A stretch of DNA of 62,267 nucleotides, filler included. It is 6 parts of 6 records of this genome, joined end to end, with 100 filler letters (N's around TTAATTAATTAA, not from the genome) between each part and the next. Parts side by side here need not be neighbours in the genome. Positions count along the whole stretch, not along the records: positions 1 to 10,775 come from SRR22947725_4697; positions 10,876 to 22,437 come from SRR22947725_4699; 4 more parts are not named here. One strand, written 5' to 3'. The notes beneath the pieces are model-generated. The model did no database searches, had not been told where the DNA came from, and saw nothing but the letters and a program-made list of their open reading frames with translations. Every line of letters begins with the position of its first letter. The stretch's first letter is position 1. Below are positions 9,701-18,741 of this stretch, piece after piece. Both the position numbers and the translations under genes were made by a program.

Positions 9701-10055
9701 CTGTTAAGATTCCTGTTGGATTAACTAAAAATAATCTTCCATTTGAAAATATTTTTCCATTAATAATTGATTGGCCACTTAAAACATTATTTAAAATGCT
9801 AGCTTTAGATCCGGGTTGATTAAAATGAACGGAAGCATCTCGACCAACATTAAAGCTTTGCCAATTCACAATAGCTTGGTTGGTTGATTGATCCACATTT
9901 AAACGATCAATGGCTGCATAATTAATATTAACTTGTCCTGACACAACGTTACCACCTTGAGGTAAGGCTAGCCGGTCTAACTCTGCGTAAACATGAATTG
10001 GAGCACTAAAAAAGTATATGAGAAATATACTTAACCAGTGTATTACTTTTTTCAT
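3765..10055 (-). CDS. TpsA filamentous-haemagglutinin/HMW1-like exoprotein (~2100 aa) with glycine-rich domain and autotransporter-associated beta-strand repeats
   Basis: Signal peptide; TPS domain (LPQGGNVVSG..NWQSFNVG..FNQP..LVNPTGI); GG-x-I-x-I repeats to WLIDP; Gly-rich block; G-x-G..NTYTGGT repeats. ATG at 10055 follows AAGGA. Confidence 0.92.
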   Translation of the reverse strand: MKKVIHWLSIFLIYFFSAPIHVYAELDRLALPQGGNVVSGQVNINYAAIDRLNVDQSTNQAIVNWQSFNVGRDASVHFNQPGSKASILNNVLSGQSIINGKIFSNGRLFLVNPTGILTGPHSAIKAEGAILSTLNLTNQNFLNNNYQFNTNSNSSLVNQGLIEGQYVALISPQVNNKGNIITSAATTIVAGDDVLLGISDSNNLTVKVAPSKLKAMAKNEGTIKTQNGIVTIKADAAQSLVDEVVKLPNARADGLVSENGVIKLVSNSGSIQANKIKIDTGSKGATEISGTLNSDNKEGKGGTIEITGKDIDVNSATISADGKTGGGKVLIGGDWQGTRDLLQATYLNIDSNSKITANALTSGSGGTIVAWSDIKNSNSLTKVSGTLEAKGIDGSGGQIETSGASINTDGIRVNAGSTSGPSGLWLIDPYDYTINSSAATNITNALNAGTNVTIQTSANSSSFGSGGSSSGNGDITITSNIGTTAGSATSSTLTLEAARHIVSNSGVTISDGGSHSLSLAFTAGGNITFNGAVDVAGSINLTTTTYTSYVAGDQTTQSFSYTGAEQTWSVPTGVTSIEIDGYGGAGGHGASDLNARGGKGGRLVATSTVTAGETLYLYVGGKGGNTTVNPGTNYKPAWNPYSRGNALAGFNGGGAPGNHAAGAGGGATDVRRGGNSLSDRIYVAGGGGGGGNQRRYTQPGGDGGQGGGLIGGAGSRGGAGGSNQNSLGSGMGPNGRGGYGGNGGTQSAGGAAVNYRGLEGTLGFGGKGGTSGRSGGGGGGGYYGGSGGGDWNGSDAGGGGGGGSSYSSGTIITNTQGYSSATGNGSLTLTYTPLTASTTKGAITINQGIASGGNTTVSTQGALTVKESSSAKFGTITAASVSVNNTNTDITIANAPTVSGASTFDNTGALWLKNGGTFTGGLTVSNDGNFYANGTIQSTDSAITLKYFRNCVSGIDCGGLTVNSGGGAITMAGGYTWHNRSLTVRSQGGSTNTITDTGSYNTGQFGQIKMYADGDISLSGTLDVSNRGADLYIETDGILNMNNTAVLENDYYNETIEIRANGLINPGRIEVGRRYHSAPGTFTLRPISNSSSIEFSPTNDDSISTDVWYDSDLVVQTDRYGGGPWTGAAFNLGHGSQSGDIQMAAYDQKVRLTANTSGTVTLNGDLGGSNLISVNIPRGSVEMSGVTVATIAADSFAPSQTYSTVTVSGNSAITTSGGSPTVSIGGLIGSANLSSNTDMTIGSANTNGIFSGVLSGAMKLTVTGTGVFEPTATNTYTGGTVIDGGKIAAQTDRNFGANPSSDDPDNILLKNAGTIYFGSVNSSNSLGHVNFGYNNNRGIYLETGQHNFIDGSGGSGRNKIYSVISGVGGVTYGKIGNKTMTIYSANTYTGDTKFNYTTGSNNGVHIANADAWKYSTVYLNSTRTDVRKGWTVVSGGSINFGGLAGDATNWRWQNKQVTFGYNNQDTTFSGTISQYNNDGYDLVKVGTGTTTFSNTSSNAHQDDVNGINVQAGKVILSGNWGRNNDSNGNFNIESGATLEIDSSINNSFDGVLSGAGTLLLGGSGTQTFSGNNTFSGIINIADGGFKAEHNNALGSVTSVTSSGGRISTASSITLPSLIVSGNVQLDSGITTTGAQTYTSDVLVASGTRASPVEFNTTNSDIEFGGTLKGKGNAKARSLTIDAGTGDVTFGDRVGYAFNGENFNANNTADSFYKMTVTAGTTTIKGDVMTYEEQTYNSNIDVGSTGSNGTTRTLLSMDPKVIINGNVNDTITNTHTLVAKAIAVRRDGITPDTPDVTYNGTIGRSKKLAGYSGVTGYQVVSKNYGVIDADTSFGSVTGGTQTNGTVASSSSSSKRSSQSNGRKTEKSANAVAKSAQTTIADAGKNLIATLFGGGPSGGGRTFSKSIEVVMPGDAGFNKPGPETGSGADFGKPGNNQSAPSFEPRGNNSIGGAPAPKSQGGKFDSTNQETSSPKPRSIKELFSSKDFKNQFSTKQEMRQFKKELRKEFKNNPGSRKSFNKDLRDGFDPTDPKSFEKARPEEQKAFRKFKEGDEDPRKLLDKSKDRPDERGKGQDDNNKPDISEDDEEEKRSGDKAKTN

Positions 10056-10297
10056 TGATCCTTTCTTGGATCGCAACAACTTTTAATACTTAAAGCTTTA
10101 TATTTTTTTTTTGTTTTTTTTTAAAAAACAACTAAAAAAAATATTGCAACCACAATCAGATTATAAACCAAAATGAGTGCATAGCCTAAGCTATACGTAT
10201 AATTATTGATGTTTATAAAGGTAGTTAAACCAAGGTTAATTAGTAATGACAAAATATCATTAGTATCTGAGGTTGTATTTATTGGCTTAAATAAAAT

Positions 10298-10775
10298 TTA
10301 GACGTGAAATGGATTCTCTAATAAGATTGTATCATCTCTTTCTGGGCTAGTTGAGATGCTTGAAATTCTTGCTCCAATAAAATCTTCTATTGCAGTTACA
10401 TACAGTTTAGCTTTTTCAGGCAATTCATTAATATCTCTAATGCCCCTTGTTTCAGATTTCCAACCATCAAATGATTGATAAATTGGTTTTACTTTTAATT
10501 GATCTTCGACTGCAGCAGGTAAATAATCAATTTCTTTTCCATCAAGCTCATACTTGATGCAAACTTTAATTTCATCACATTCGTCAAGTACATCAAGTTT
10601 GGTGAGCGCTATAGCAGTAATTCCAGAAATTTTACAAGTCTGTCTAACTAATACAGCATCAAACCAACCACAACGTCTTTGCCGGTTGGTTACAGTTCCA
10701 AATTCATGACCTCTTTTTCCAAGTAATTCTCCAGTTTTATCTTTCAACTCAGTTGGAAAAGGTCCTTCGCCAACT
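10298..10775 (-). CDS. purA: Adenylosuccinate synthetase, 5'-truncated
   Basis: [40 protein letters not shown]. Confidence 0.96.
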
Positions 10776-10875
10776 NNNNNNNNNNNNNNNNNNNNNNNNN
10801 NNNNNNNNNNNNNNNNNNNTTAATTAATTAANNNNNNNNNNNNNNNNNNNNNNNNNNNNNNNNNNNNNNNNNNNN
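10776..10875. other. Artificial contig spacer
   Basis: 44 N + TTAATTAATTAA (stops in all six frames) + 44 N. Confidence 0.99.
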
Positions 10876-11157
10876 TCCATTGTTAATATGTTGCGTAATA
10901 ATTTCATCAATATCTTCATTATCAATATATCTATACCATGTTTCTTCGGGATAAATTACCAATAAAGGCCCTTCTTGACACCGGTTAAAGCAGCCCGCTC
11001 TGTTGACTCTGCACATATTTACACCATACAAATTAAGAGATTTAAGTTTTTTCTTCATATAATTAAATTTATCTTCTGCTCCAAAATTATTACAGCATTG
11101 TTCATTATCATCTCTTTGATTTAAGCAGAAAAAAATATGATATTTGTAATAAGCCAT
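10876..11157 (-). CDS. Thioredoxin-like [2Fe-2S] ferredoxin, 3'-truncated
   Basis: HIFFCLNQR..CC..RVNRAGCFNRCQEGP..VIYPEETWY. Confidence 0.88.
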
Positions 11158-11943
11158 TTAATTAGTAAAACTCTTATCTTCTGTAAATTTCCAAATTCTT
11201 GTAATACTTACTTGATCTACTTCTTTTTTCATTTGATCACTAAAGGGAGCGTAAGGAGATCCATTTCTTACTATATCTATAGCAGCTTCATCTAACTTAG
11301 CTTTTCCTGAACTTTTAATAATTGAGATATCATAAATAGAGCCATTTGAATTTATAATTACTTTCATTATAAGATTGCTAAATCTATTTTTGATTTTCGC
11401 TGCATCAGGATAATTCATAGCGCCCATTCGTTCAACTTTCTTTTTCCAAGCTTCAAAATATAAACGATATACATATTCTGGTGATTTAGCAGATATATTC
11501 TTTATCCTTATTTTTTCATTTGGGATAGGAGCATTATTCAAACTCAGTTTACTCACATTAGATAAAATTTTATTTTTATCTAATATTTTTTTTCGCACTT
11601 CAATCTTTTTATCAGATGGACTTTCTATTTTTTGATCATTTTTTTGTGGAGTTTTATCTAATTCAGGAGAAATTTCTTTCTCTTTTTTTGAGATTTGATT
11701 TTTATTTAAATTGATTAAATTATCATCAGATTTTATTAATTTTTTTGATTTTTTTTCATTATTTCCCTTTTTTTCTTCTGGGGTAACAAAAATTTCTAAC
11801 TCATTTGTTTCATACCTATCAACAGTGTTTAATAAATCAAACAAATTAAATTTTGTAAAAAAAATAAGGTGAAGAACTAAAGAAAGAAAAATGGCTAAGA
11901 TTATATTAAAGGAAGTAAATTTTATTTTACTATCATTATTCAT
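11158..11943 (-). CDS. TonB-family energy transducer (TonB C-terminal domain)
   Basis: N-terminal TM with SLVLH, charged linker, C-terminal YFEAWKKKVE..G..NYP..SSG..LDEAA..PYAPF. Confidence 0.8.
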   Translation of the reverse strand: MNNDSKIKFTSFNIILAIFLSLVLHLIFFTKFNLFDLLNTVDRYETNELEIFVTPEEKKGNNEKKSKKLIKSDDNLINLNKNQISKKEKEISPELDKTPQKNDQKIESPSDKKIEVRKKILDKNKILSNVSKLSLNNAPIPNEKIRIKNISAKSPEYVYRLYFEAWKKKVERMGAMNYPDAAKIKNRFSNLIMKVIINSNGSIYDISIIKSSGKAKLDEAAIDIVRNGSPYAPFSDQMKKEVDQVSITRIWKFTEDKSFTN

Positions 11944-13294
11944 TTTTAAATAAATCTAAACATTTTTTTTGAATTCCTGAAAAACTTCCATTGCTCATAA
12001 AAACAATTTGATCATTTGGTTTTTTTTCTCTAATAATACTACTTAAAATCCATTGAGTACTGTCTGAAACTTTGATTTTTTGATTATTTTTGAATAACTC
12101 ATTTGGATCCCAATCTAAATTACTGGCATAACAATAAACGATATCTGCAGATGAAAGGCTATCTTGTAGTTCTTTCTTCATTTCACCAAGCTTCATGGTA
12201 TTTGATCTAGGCTCAAAAACAACAATTATTCTGCCCTCTTTAAGCACTTGTCTCATTCCATCTAATGTACTTTTTATTGCAGAGGGATGATGAGCAAAAT
12301 CATCATAAATTTTTATATTGTCTTTAAATTCTCCTATTTTTTCTAACCTTCTTTTTACACCCTTGAATGTTGCAAGCGCTTTTATAGATTTAGCGGCAGG
12401 TATGCCTATATGATGAGCAGCAGCAATTGCTGCAAGAGCATTTGATGCATTATGATCACCAATACATTCCCACGTAAGAGTACCTTCTTTTTTATTTTGA
12501 TAAAAAATATTTAGCGATGAGCTTTCGTCTTGCCATTGATATGACCATCCATCAATATCATTAAAATATTCTAAATCTGACCAGACTCCTAGTTTTATAA
12601 CTTCATTAAGAGCATTACTTTGAGCATTTGAAATAATCTTACCTTTCTCTGGCACTATTCTTATCAGATGATGAAAATGTTTTTTTATATGGTTAAGGTT
12701 CTCAAAAATATCTGCATGATCAAATTCTAAATTGTTCATGATAAGAGTGCGTGGATAATAATGAACAAATTTTGAGCGCTTATCAAAGAAGGCGGTGTCA
12801 TATTCATCTGCTTCGATTATAAAAAAGTTAGAATTTTTATCATTGATTAATCTTGATGAAGTTTTTAGATTTTTTGGAATGCCACCAATCAAATAACTTG
12901 GATTTAATCCACAAAATTCTAAAATCCATGCAACCATAGCTGTTGTTGAAGTTTTGCCATGGGTGCCTGCAACAGCGATAACCCATTTTTCATGAAGTAT
13001 ATTTTCATAAAGCCACTGGGGACCTGACATAAAAGATAAGTTATTGTTTAATATGCTCTCCATTAGCGGGGTACCTCTTTTGACAACATTACCAATAATA
13101 TAAATATCAGGTTTTAATTTTGTTTGTGATGAATCAAATCCCTCAATTATTTTAATACCTTCCTCTTCAAGCTGCGTGGACATAGGAGGGTAAACATTTT
13201 GATCACACCCAGTAACTTTGAAGCCTTTTGATTTTGCAAGGGAGGCTAATCCTGCCATAAATGTTCCACATATACCTAATATATGAATATGCAT
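11936..13294 (-). CDS. mpl: Murein peptide ligase
   Basis: MHIHILGICGTFM, VYPPMS, AGTHGKT, EADEYDTAFFDKRSKF, DDFAHHP, EPRSNTM. Confidence 0.96.
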   Translation of the reverse strand: MHIHILGICGTFMAGLASLAKSKGFKVTGCDQNVYPPMSTQLEEEGIKIIEGFDSSQTKLKPDIYIIGNVVKRGTPLMESILNNNLSFMSGPQWLYENILHEKWVIAVAGTHGKTSTTAMVAWILEFCGLNPSYLIGGIPKNLKTSSRLINDKNSNFFIIEADEYDTAFFDKRSKFVHYYPRTLIMNNLEFDHADIFENLNHIKKHFHHLIRIVPEKGKIISNAQSNALNEVIKLGVWSDLEYFNDIDGWSYQWQDESSSLNIFYQNKKEGTLTWECIGDHNASNALAAIAAAHHIGIPAAKSIKALATFKGVKRRLEKIGEFKDNIKIYDDFAHHPSAIKSTLDGMRQVLKEGRIIVVFEPRSNTMKLGEMKKELQDSLSSADIVYCYASNLDWDPNELFKNNQKIKVSDSTQWILSSIIREKKPNDQIVFMSNGSFSGIQKKCLDLFKNE

Positions 13295-13296
13295 AT

Positions 13297-16200
13297 TTAT
13301 CTTAAGTTAGATGCAAGCCATTTTTTCAATTGATCTTTAGAAATAGATCTTCTTTTTGCCATATCGTCAATTTGATCTTCATCAATCTTATCAACACTGA
13401 AATATTTAGCTTCAGGATGTGCAAAGTAAAAACCACTAACCGAGGATGCAGGTATCATTGACATACTTTCAGTCAATTCCATACCGATTTCTTTAGCTTG
13501 GAGAAGCGAGAAAATATCTTTTTTAATAGTGTGCTCAGGGCATGCTGGGTAACCTGGAGCAGGTCTTATCCCTTGATATTTTTCTTTTATCATTTCCTCA
13601 TTGCTAAGTTTTTTTGTTTGATATCCCCATAAGTCTTGCCTAACTCGGTTATGCATATACTCTGCAAATGCTTCTGCTAATCTATCTGTAATAGCTTTGA
13701 CCATGATACCGCTGTAGTCGTCTTCTGTTTTTTCAAACATATCTTCATAAATTTTTGCATTAATTCCTGATGTGACAGCGAATAGACCAATGTAATCTTC
13801 AATATTCTTTTCTTTAGGCGCAATAAAGTCGGCAAGACATAAATTAGGTTTCTGTTTACCACCAACAACTGGTTTTTGCGTTTGTTGTCTTAAGCAGTGG
13901 TAGGTAAAGGCTAATTCCATCGATTCGTCTTTAAAAACCTGGATGTCATCTTCATTAATTGAATTAGCGGGATAAAAACCAACGACGCCATTTGCTTTTA
14001 GTTTTTTTTCATTGATAAGTTTGCTCAGCATTTTTTGTGCTTCTTTAAATAGATCCGAAGCACTTTTTCCCACTACACTATCTTTGAGAATATCTGGGTA
14101 TTTTCCATGAAGATCCCATGTCTGAAAGAATGGCGACCAATCAATATATTCTTTGATTAAATTTAAGTCGATATTTTTAAATACTCTTCTTCCAATATAT
14201 TTAGGTTTTTTTGGTTTAAATGTAAGTGCTAATTTATTTTTCCTAGCATCCTCAATAGAAATAAATGTTGCACCCTTTTTCTTTAAATGCATTTGACGAA
14301 CACTTTCGTAGTCTTTTGATAAATTAACGATATATTCCATTTTTTGTTTGGGGTCCATCAAAGATTGCATCACCGAAACTGATCGAGAAGCATCGGATAC
14401 ATGAATCACAGGTCCATCGTAATGTTCTGAAATTTTTACAGCTGTATGCGCTCTTGATGTTGTTGCGCCTCCAATAAGTAACGGGATATTATTTTCTTTA
14501 AAATATGGGTCACGTTGCATTTCACTTGCTACATTGGTCATTTCTTCAAGTGAAGGTGTAATCAGTCCAGAAAGCCCAATAATATCTACGTTTTCTTCTT
14601 TTGCTTTTGCAAGAATTTCTGCACAAGGGACCATAACGCCCATATTGACTACTTCGAAGTTGTTACATTGAAGCACAACGGAGACAATATTTTTCCCAAT
14701 ATCATGTACGTCACCTTTAACAGTAGCGATGAGCATTTTTCCTTTAGGCTTTGCTTTAATGCCCGTTCTTTTCTCATCTTCTTCTTTCTCTTTTTCAATA
14801 AAAGGCACAAGGTGAGCTACGGCTTGCTTCATAACTCTTGCTGATTTTACAACCTGAGGTAAAAACATTTTACCTTGACCAAATAAATCGCCAACAACAT
14901 TCATCCCATCCATGAGTGGCCCCTCGATAACATTAATGGGCCTACCACTCTTACTGCTCATTATTTTTAATCGAGCTTCCTCAGTATCTTCAACAATGAA
15001 ATCTGTAATGCCATGAACTAATGCATATTCAATTTTCTTTTCAACAGACACAGGAGTTTTTTCATCGCCACGCCAATTAAGTTTTACATTTTCTTTTTTG
15101 CTTCCTTTGAGAGTTCCTGCAAAATCAATCATTCTTTCTGTAGCATCTGGTCTACGATTTAAAATAACATCCTCAACAGCTTCTTTTAGGTCATCACTTA
15201 AATCATCATAAAGACCAATCATGCCAGCATTTACAATGCCCATCGTGAGTCCAGCTTTTATTGCATAATGTAAAAAAACAGTATGTATCGCTTCCCTTGC
15301 TTCATTATTTCCTCTAAAACTAAAGCTTACATTTGAAACACCCCCAGAAATTTTAGCGTGTGGAAGGTTATCTTTTATCCATTTAGTGGCGTTAATGAAA
15401 TCCACGGCATAATTGTTGTGCTCTTCAATTCCGGTAGCAACAGCAAAAATATTTGGATCAAAAATTATATCTTCTGGAGGAAAATTTAACTTCTCAACTA
15501 GCGTATCGTAAGCTCGTTTACATATCTCAATTTTTCGCTCATACGTATCAGCCTGACCTTTCTCATCAAAAGCCATCACAATAACGGCAGCGCCGAAATT
15601 TCTACATATTTTTGCATGATGCAAAAATAATTCTTCACCCTCTTTAATTGAAATGGAATTAACAATGGCCTTGCCCTGAACACATTTTAATCCTGCCTCT
15701 ATTACTTCCCATTTAGATGAATCAATCATTATGGGAATACGGGCGATGTCTGGTTCTGATGATATTAAATTTAAAAAATGTTTCATGGCATTTAAAGAAT
15801 CAAGCATGCCCTCATCCATATTAATATCAATGACTTGAGCTCCGTTTTCAACTTGTTGCCTTGCAACAGAGACTGCTTCTTCGAATTTTTCATCAATAAT
15901 TAATTTTGCAAAAGCTTTGGAGCCGGTTACGTTAGTTCGTTCTCCAACGTTGATAAAAAGCGTGTCTTCTTTTATGTTAAGTGGTTCAAGTCCTGCAAGT
16001 TTTGTATAGACATCTTGTTTAGGAAGAATCCTTGGGGCGATATTATGCATCTCTTCGGCGATTGCTTTGATATGTTCAGGTGTCGTACCACAACATCCTC
16101 CAGCGATATTAATAAATCCACTTTCAGCAAACTCTTTTAAAAGTGTTGAAGTATCATGTGGTTTTTCATCAAAGCCTGTGTCCGACATTGGGTTTGGAAG

Positions 16201-17067
16201 CCCGGCATTTGGATAAATACAAATATGTGTGTCTGCTATTTTCGACAGTTCTTCAGCATACGGGCGCATGAGTGCTGCCCCTAATGCACAATTAAGTCCA
16301 ATAGTTAAAGGGTTTGCATGCCTAATTGAATTCCAAAATGCACTCACCGTTTGTCCTGATAGAATCCTACCCGATGCATCGGTTACAGTTCCAGAAATCA
16401 TAAGAGGCAATCTTTGAGCGGTTTCTTCGAAAACCTGGTTAACGGCAAATAAAGCAGCCTTACAATTTAAGGTATCAAAAACAGTTTCAACTAAGATAAT
16501 ATCAACACCACCATCAATTAGAGATTTTGTTTGCGCCTTATAGGATTCTACCAATTGATCAAAATTGATATTTCTTGCGCCAGGATCATTAACATCTGGG
16601 GATATAGACGCAGTTTTGGGCGTTGGACCAATTGCACCAGCTACATACCTGGGTTTTTCTGGCGTGCTATATTTTTTAGCCGCTTCTTTTGCAAGTCGAG
16701 CTGATTCCAGATTCATTTCATGAATTAGGTGTGCCATATAATAATCATCTTGAGCAATGCTATTGGCACCAAATGTATTGGTTTCAATAATATCTGCGCC
16801 AGCTTCAAGATAATCTTCGTGGATTTTTTTTATCAATTGCGGCTGTGTCAGGCTTAATAGTTCATTGTTGCCTTTTAAGAAAAGCTCACGTTCTCCTTTA
16901 GGTGCTGAGAATTTTATATATTCGCCTTGCTTACCACCTCGATAATCCTCTTCTGATAACTTGTGTTGTTGGATCATCGTGCCGGTTGCACCATCCATTA
17001 TCATAATCCGATCTTTTAGAATTTCTCTAAGCTGAGCTTCTTTTTCCTCTGAGAATTTCTTTTCCAA
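13297..17067 (-). CDS. metH: Cobalamin-dependent methionine synthase
   Basis: Hcy domain (DGATGT, GGCCGT), pterin domain (GERTNVTGS), B12 motif [11 protein letters not shown], reactivation domain [14 protein letters not shown]. Confidence 0.97.
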   Translation of the reverse strand: MEKKFSEEKEAQLREILKDRIMIMDGATGTMIQQHKLSEEDYRGGKQGEYIKFSAPKGERELFLKGNNELLSLTQPQLIKKIHEDYLEAGADIIETNTFGANSIAQDDYYMAHLIHEMNLESARLAKEAAKKYSTPEKPRYVAGAIGPTPKTASISPDVNDPGARNINFDQLVESYKAQTKSLIDGGVDIILVETVFDTLNCKAALFAVNQVFEETAQRLPLMISGTVTDASGRILSGQTVSAFWNSIRHANPLTIGLNCALGAALMRPYAEELSKIADTHICIYPNAGLPNPMSDTGFDEKPHDTSTLLKEFAESGFINIAGGCCGTTPEHIKAIAEEMHNIAPRILPKQDVYTKLAGLEPLNIKEDTLFINVGERTNVTGSKAFAKLIIDEKFEEAVSVARQQVENGAQVIDINMDEGMLDSLNAMKHFLNLISSEPDIARIPIMIDSSKWEVIEAGLKCVQGKAIVNSISIKEGEELFLHHAKICRNFGAAVIVMAFDEKGQADTYERKIEICKRAYDTLVEKLNFPPEDIIFDPNIFAVATGIEEHNNYAVDFINATKWIKDNLPHAKISGGVSNVSFSFRGNNEAREAIHTVFLHYAIKAGLTMGIVNAGMIGLYDDLSDDLKEAVEDVILNRRPDATERMIDFAGTLKGSKKENVKLNWRGDEKTPVSVEKKIEYALVHGITDFIVEDTEEARLKIMSSKSGRPINVIEGPLMDGMNVVGDLFGQGKMFLPQVVKSARVMKQAVAHLVPFIEKEKEEDEKRTGIKAKPKGKMLIATVKGDVHDIGKNIVSVVLQCNNFEVVNMGVMVPCAEILAKAKEENVDIIGLSGLITPSLEEMTNVASEMQRDPYFKENNIPLLIGGATTSRAHTAVKISEHYDGPVIHVSDASRSVSVMQSLMDPKQKMEYIVNLSKDYESVRQMHLKKKGATFISIEDARKNKLALTFKPKKPKYIGRRVFKNIDLNLIKEYIDWSPFFQTWDLHGKYPDILKDSVVGKSASDLFKEAQKMLSKLINEKKLKANGVVGFYPANSINEDDIQVFKDESMELAFTYHCLRQQTQKPVVGGKQKPNLCLADFIAPKEKNIEDYIGLFAVTSGINAKIYEDMFEKTEDDYSGIMVKAITDRLAEAFAEYMHNRVRQDLWGYQTKKLSNEEMIKEKYQGIRPAPGYPACPEHTIKKDIFSLLQAKEIGMELTESMSMIPASSVSGFYFAHPEAKYFSVDKIDEDQIDDMAKRRSISKDQLKKWLASNLR

Positions 17068-17069
17068 TT

Positions 17070-17306
17070 TTATTTAATGCCCTTTTCTATTTTTGATAAT
17101 TTTTTTTCAATAGCTTCAAGTTTCTCTCGCGTCTTCTTAAGCACGCCTGTTTGTACATCGAATTCTTCCCGGGTAATAAGGTCCATTTTGGTGAACATGC
17201 CCTTTAATAGTGCATTAATGTTCTCCTCTATGTCACTTATTGGGGAATCAGAAACAATATTTTTAATTTTTTGTGAAATTTCTTGAATTGTCTTCTTATT
17301 TACCAT
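17070..17306 (-). CDS. ubiK: Ubiquinone biosynthesis accessory factor UbiK (YqiC/BMFP family)
   Basis: [24 protein letters not shown] coiled coil; divergent from glnK-amtB, a common proteobacterial arrangement. Confidence 0.85.
   Translation of the reverse strand: MVNKKTIQEISQKIKNIVSDSPISDIEENINALLKGMFTKMDLITREEFDVQTGVLKKTREKLEAIEKKLSKIEKGIK
17179..17214 (+). promoter_or_regulatory. Two candidate NtrC binding sites inside ubiK
   Basis: AGGTCCATTTTGGTGAA (17179-17195) and TGCCCTTTAATAGTGCA (17198-17214) resemble TGCACCA-N3-TGGTGCA, about 215-250 bp upstream of the sigma54 promoter. Confidence 0.5.
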
Positions 17307-17427
17307 ATATTCTTCCCGTAAAACGTTGATTTTAACAGTTTTTTTTAAATTATTTGTTATTAAATTAATTTAGTTTATTCCCCAAATTAGATTAAATAAA
17401 CAAAAAAAATTTAGAAAATAAGAAAGT

Positions 17428-17443
17428 TGGCACGGTTCTTGCT
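17428..17443 (+). promoter_or_regulatory. Sigma54 (-24/-12) promoter of the porin-glnK-amtB operon
   Basis: TGGCAC-GGTTC-TTGCT matches TGGCAC-N5-TTGCW exactly. Confidence 0.9.
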
Positions 17444-17502
17444 TCATATATAAGTGTACGCAGACAAAAGTGTCAGCATATTTTAAAAAAGGAGATAGTA
17501 GT

Positions 17503-18315
17503 ATGAACAACAAATTAATAAAAGCTGCTGTAGTTGGCGCATTATTTTCAATTGCCCCAATCAGTTTTGCAGCTGACGAAGTAGAGGAAATTAAAGCTCC
17601 TTCATCAATGCTTGATGATTTTAGCTTTAGTGCAAACGTAGGACTCTACACAGATTATATATTCCGTGGCTACACACAGACACAGAATGAGCCTGCGATT
17701 CAAGGTGGTTTTGACGTAGAACATTCAAGCGGTTTATATGCTGGTACTTGGGCATCCAATGTAGATTGGACGACTGCAGGTGGTTATATGGATAAAAACA
17801 GTGTCGAAATAGACGTTTATGCAGGTTGGGCTACAGATCTTGGTTTTTGGGATCTTGGTTTCGATATTGGTATTTTACAATTTTACTACCCAGGTAATAA
17901 TAAAGCGGGTCAGGCTGATACAGATGCAACTGAAGTTTATTTTGGGTTCAATAAAGATTGGATGGACGGTGCATTTTCAACAAGCGTTACCAACTATGTT
18001 GTAGTGTCAGACGATGCATGGGGCTTTTATAACATGGATGGTGAGATGTACCACGATCTTACCGTTGATGTGCCAATTGGCTCAACACCATTAACACTTA
18101 CAGGTCATGTTGGTCACCAAACATTTGGTGGACAAGGTGATGGAAAAGATTGGGACTATACAGACTGGAAAGTAAACGTAGATTATGCATTTAATGATAA
18201 CTTTTCAGCAGGCGCATTTTATACAGATACTGACCAAGATAAAACTGCTTGGACAGTGGGTACAACCTATCTTGGAGATAGTGTATTCGGAGGTTACTTA
18301 AGCGCAGGATTCTAA
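17503..18315 (+). CDS. TorF-family putative outer-membrane porin (nitrogen-regulated)
   Basis: Signal peptide; TDYIFRGYTQT..PAIQGGFD..GLYAGTWASNV..EIDVYAG; terminal Phe; ATG 17503 after GGAG. Confidence 0.88.
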   Translation: MNNKLIKAAVVGALFSIAPISFAADEVEEIKAPSSMLDDFSFSANVGLYTDYIFRGYTQTQNEPAIQGGFDVEHSSGLYAGTWASNVDWTTAGGYMDKNSVEIDVYAGWATDLGFWDLGFDIGILQFYYPGNNKAGQADTDATEVYFGFNKDWMDGAFSTSVTNYVVVSDDAWGFYNMDGEMYHDLTVDVPIGSTPLTLTGHVGHQTFGGQGDGKDWDYTDWKVNVDYAFNDNFSAGAFYTDTDQDKTAWTVGTTYLGDSVFGGYLSAGF

Positions 18316-18323
18316 TCATGATT

Positions 18324-18731
<408 letters not shown>

Positions 18732-18741
18732 GGAGACCATC

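Noticed and set aside
10776-10875. Recurring TTAATTAATTAA flanked by N runs (five copies)
   Set aside because: Artificial six-frame-stop linker. Gene adjacency across it, including apparent bacteria-to-alga transfer or a metH-cobQ B12 link, is meaningless
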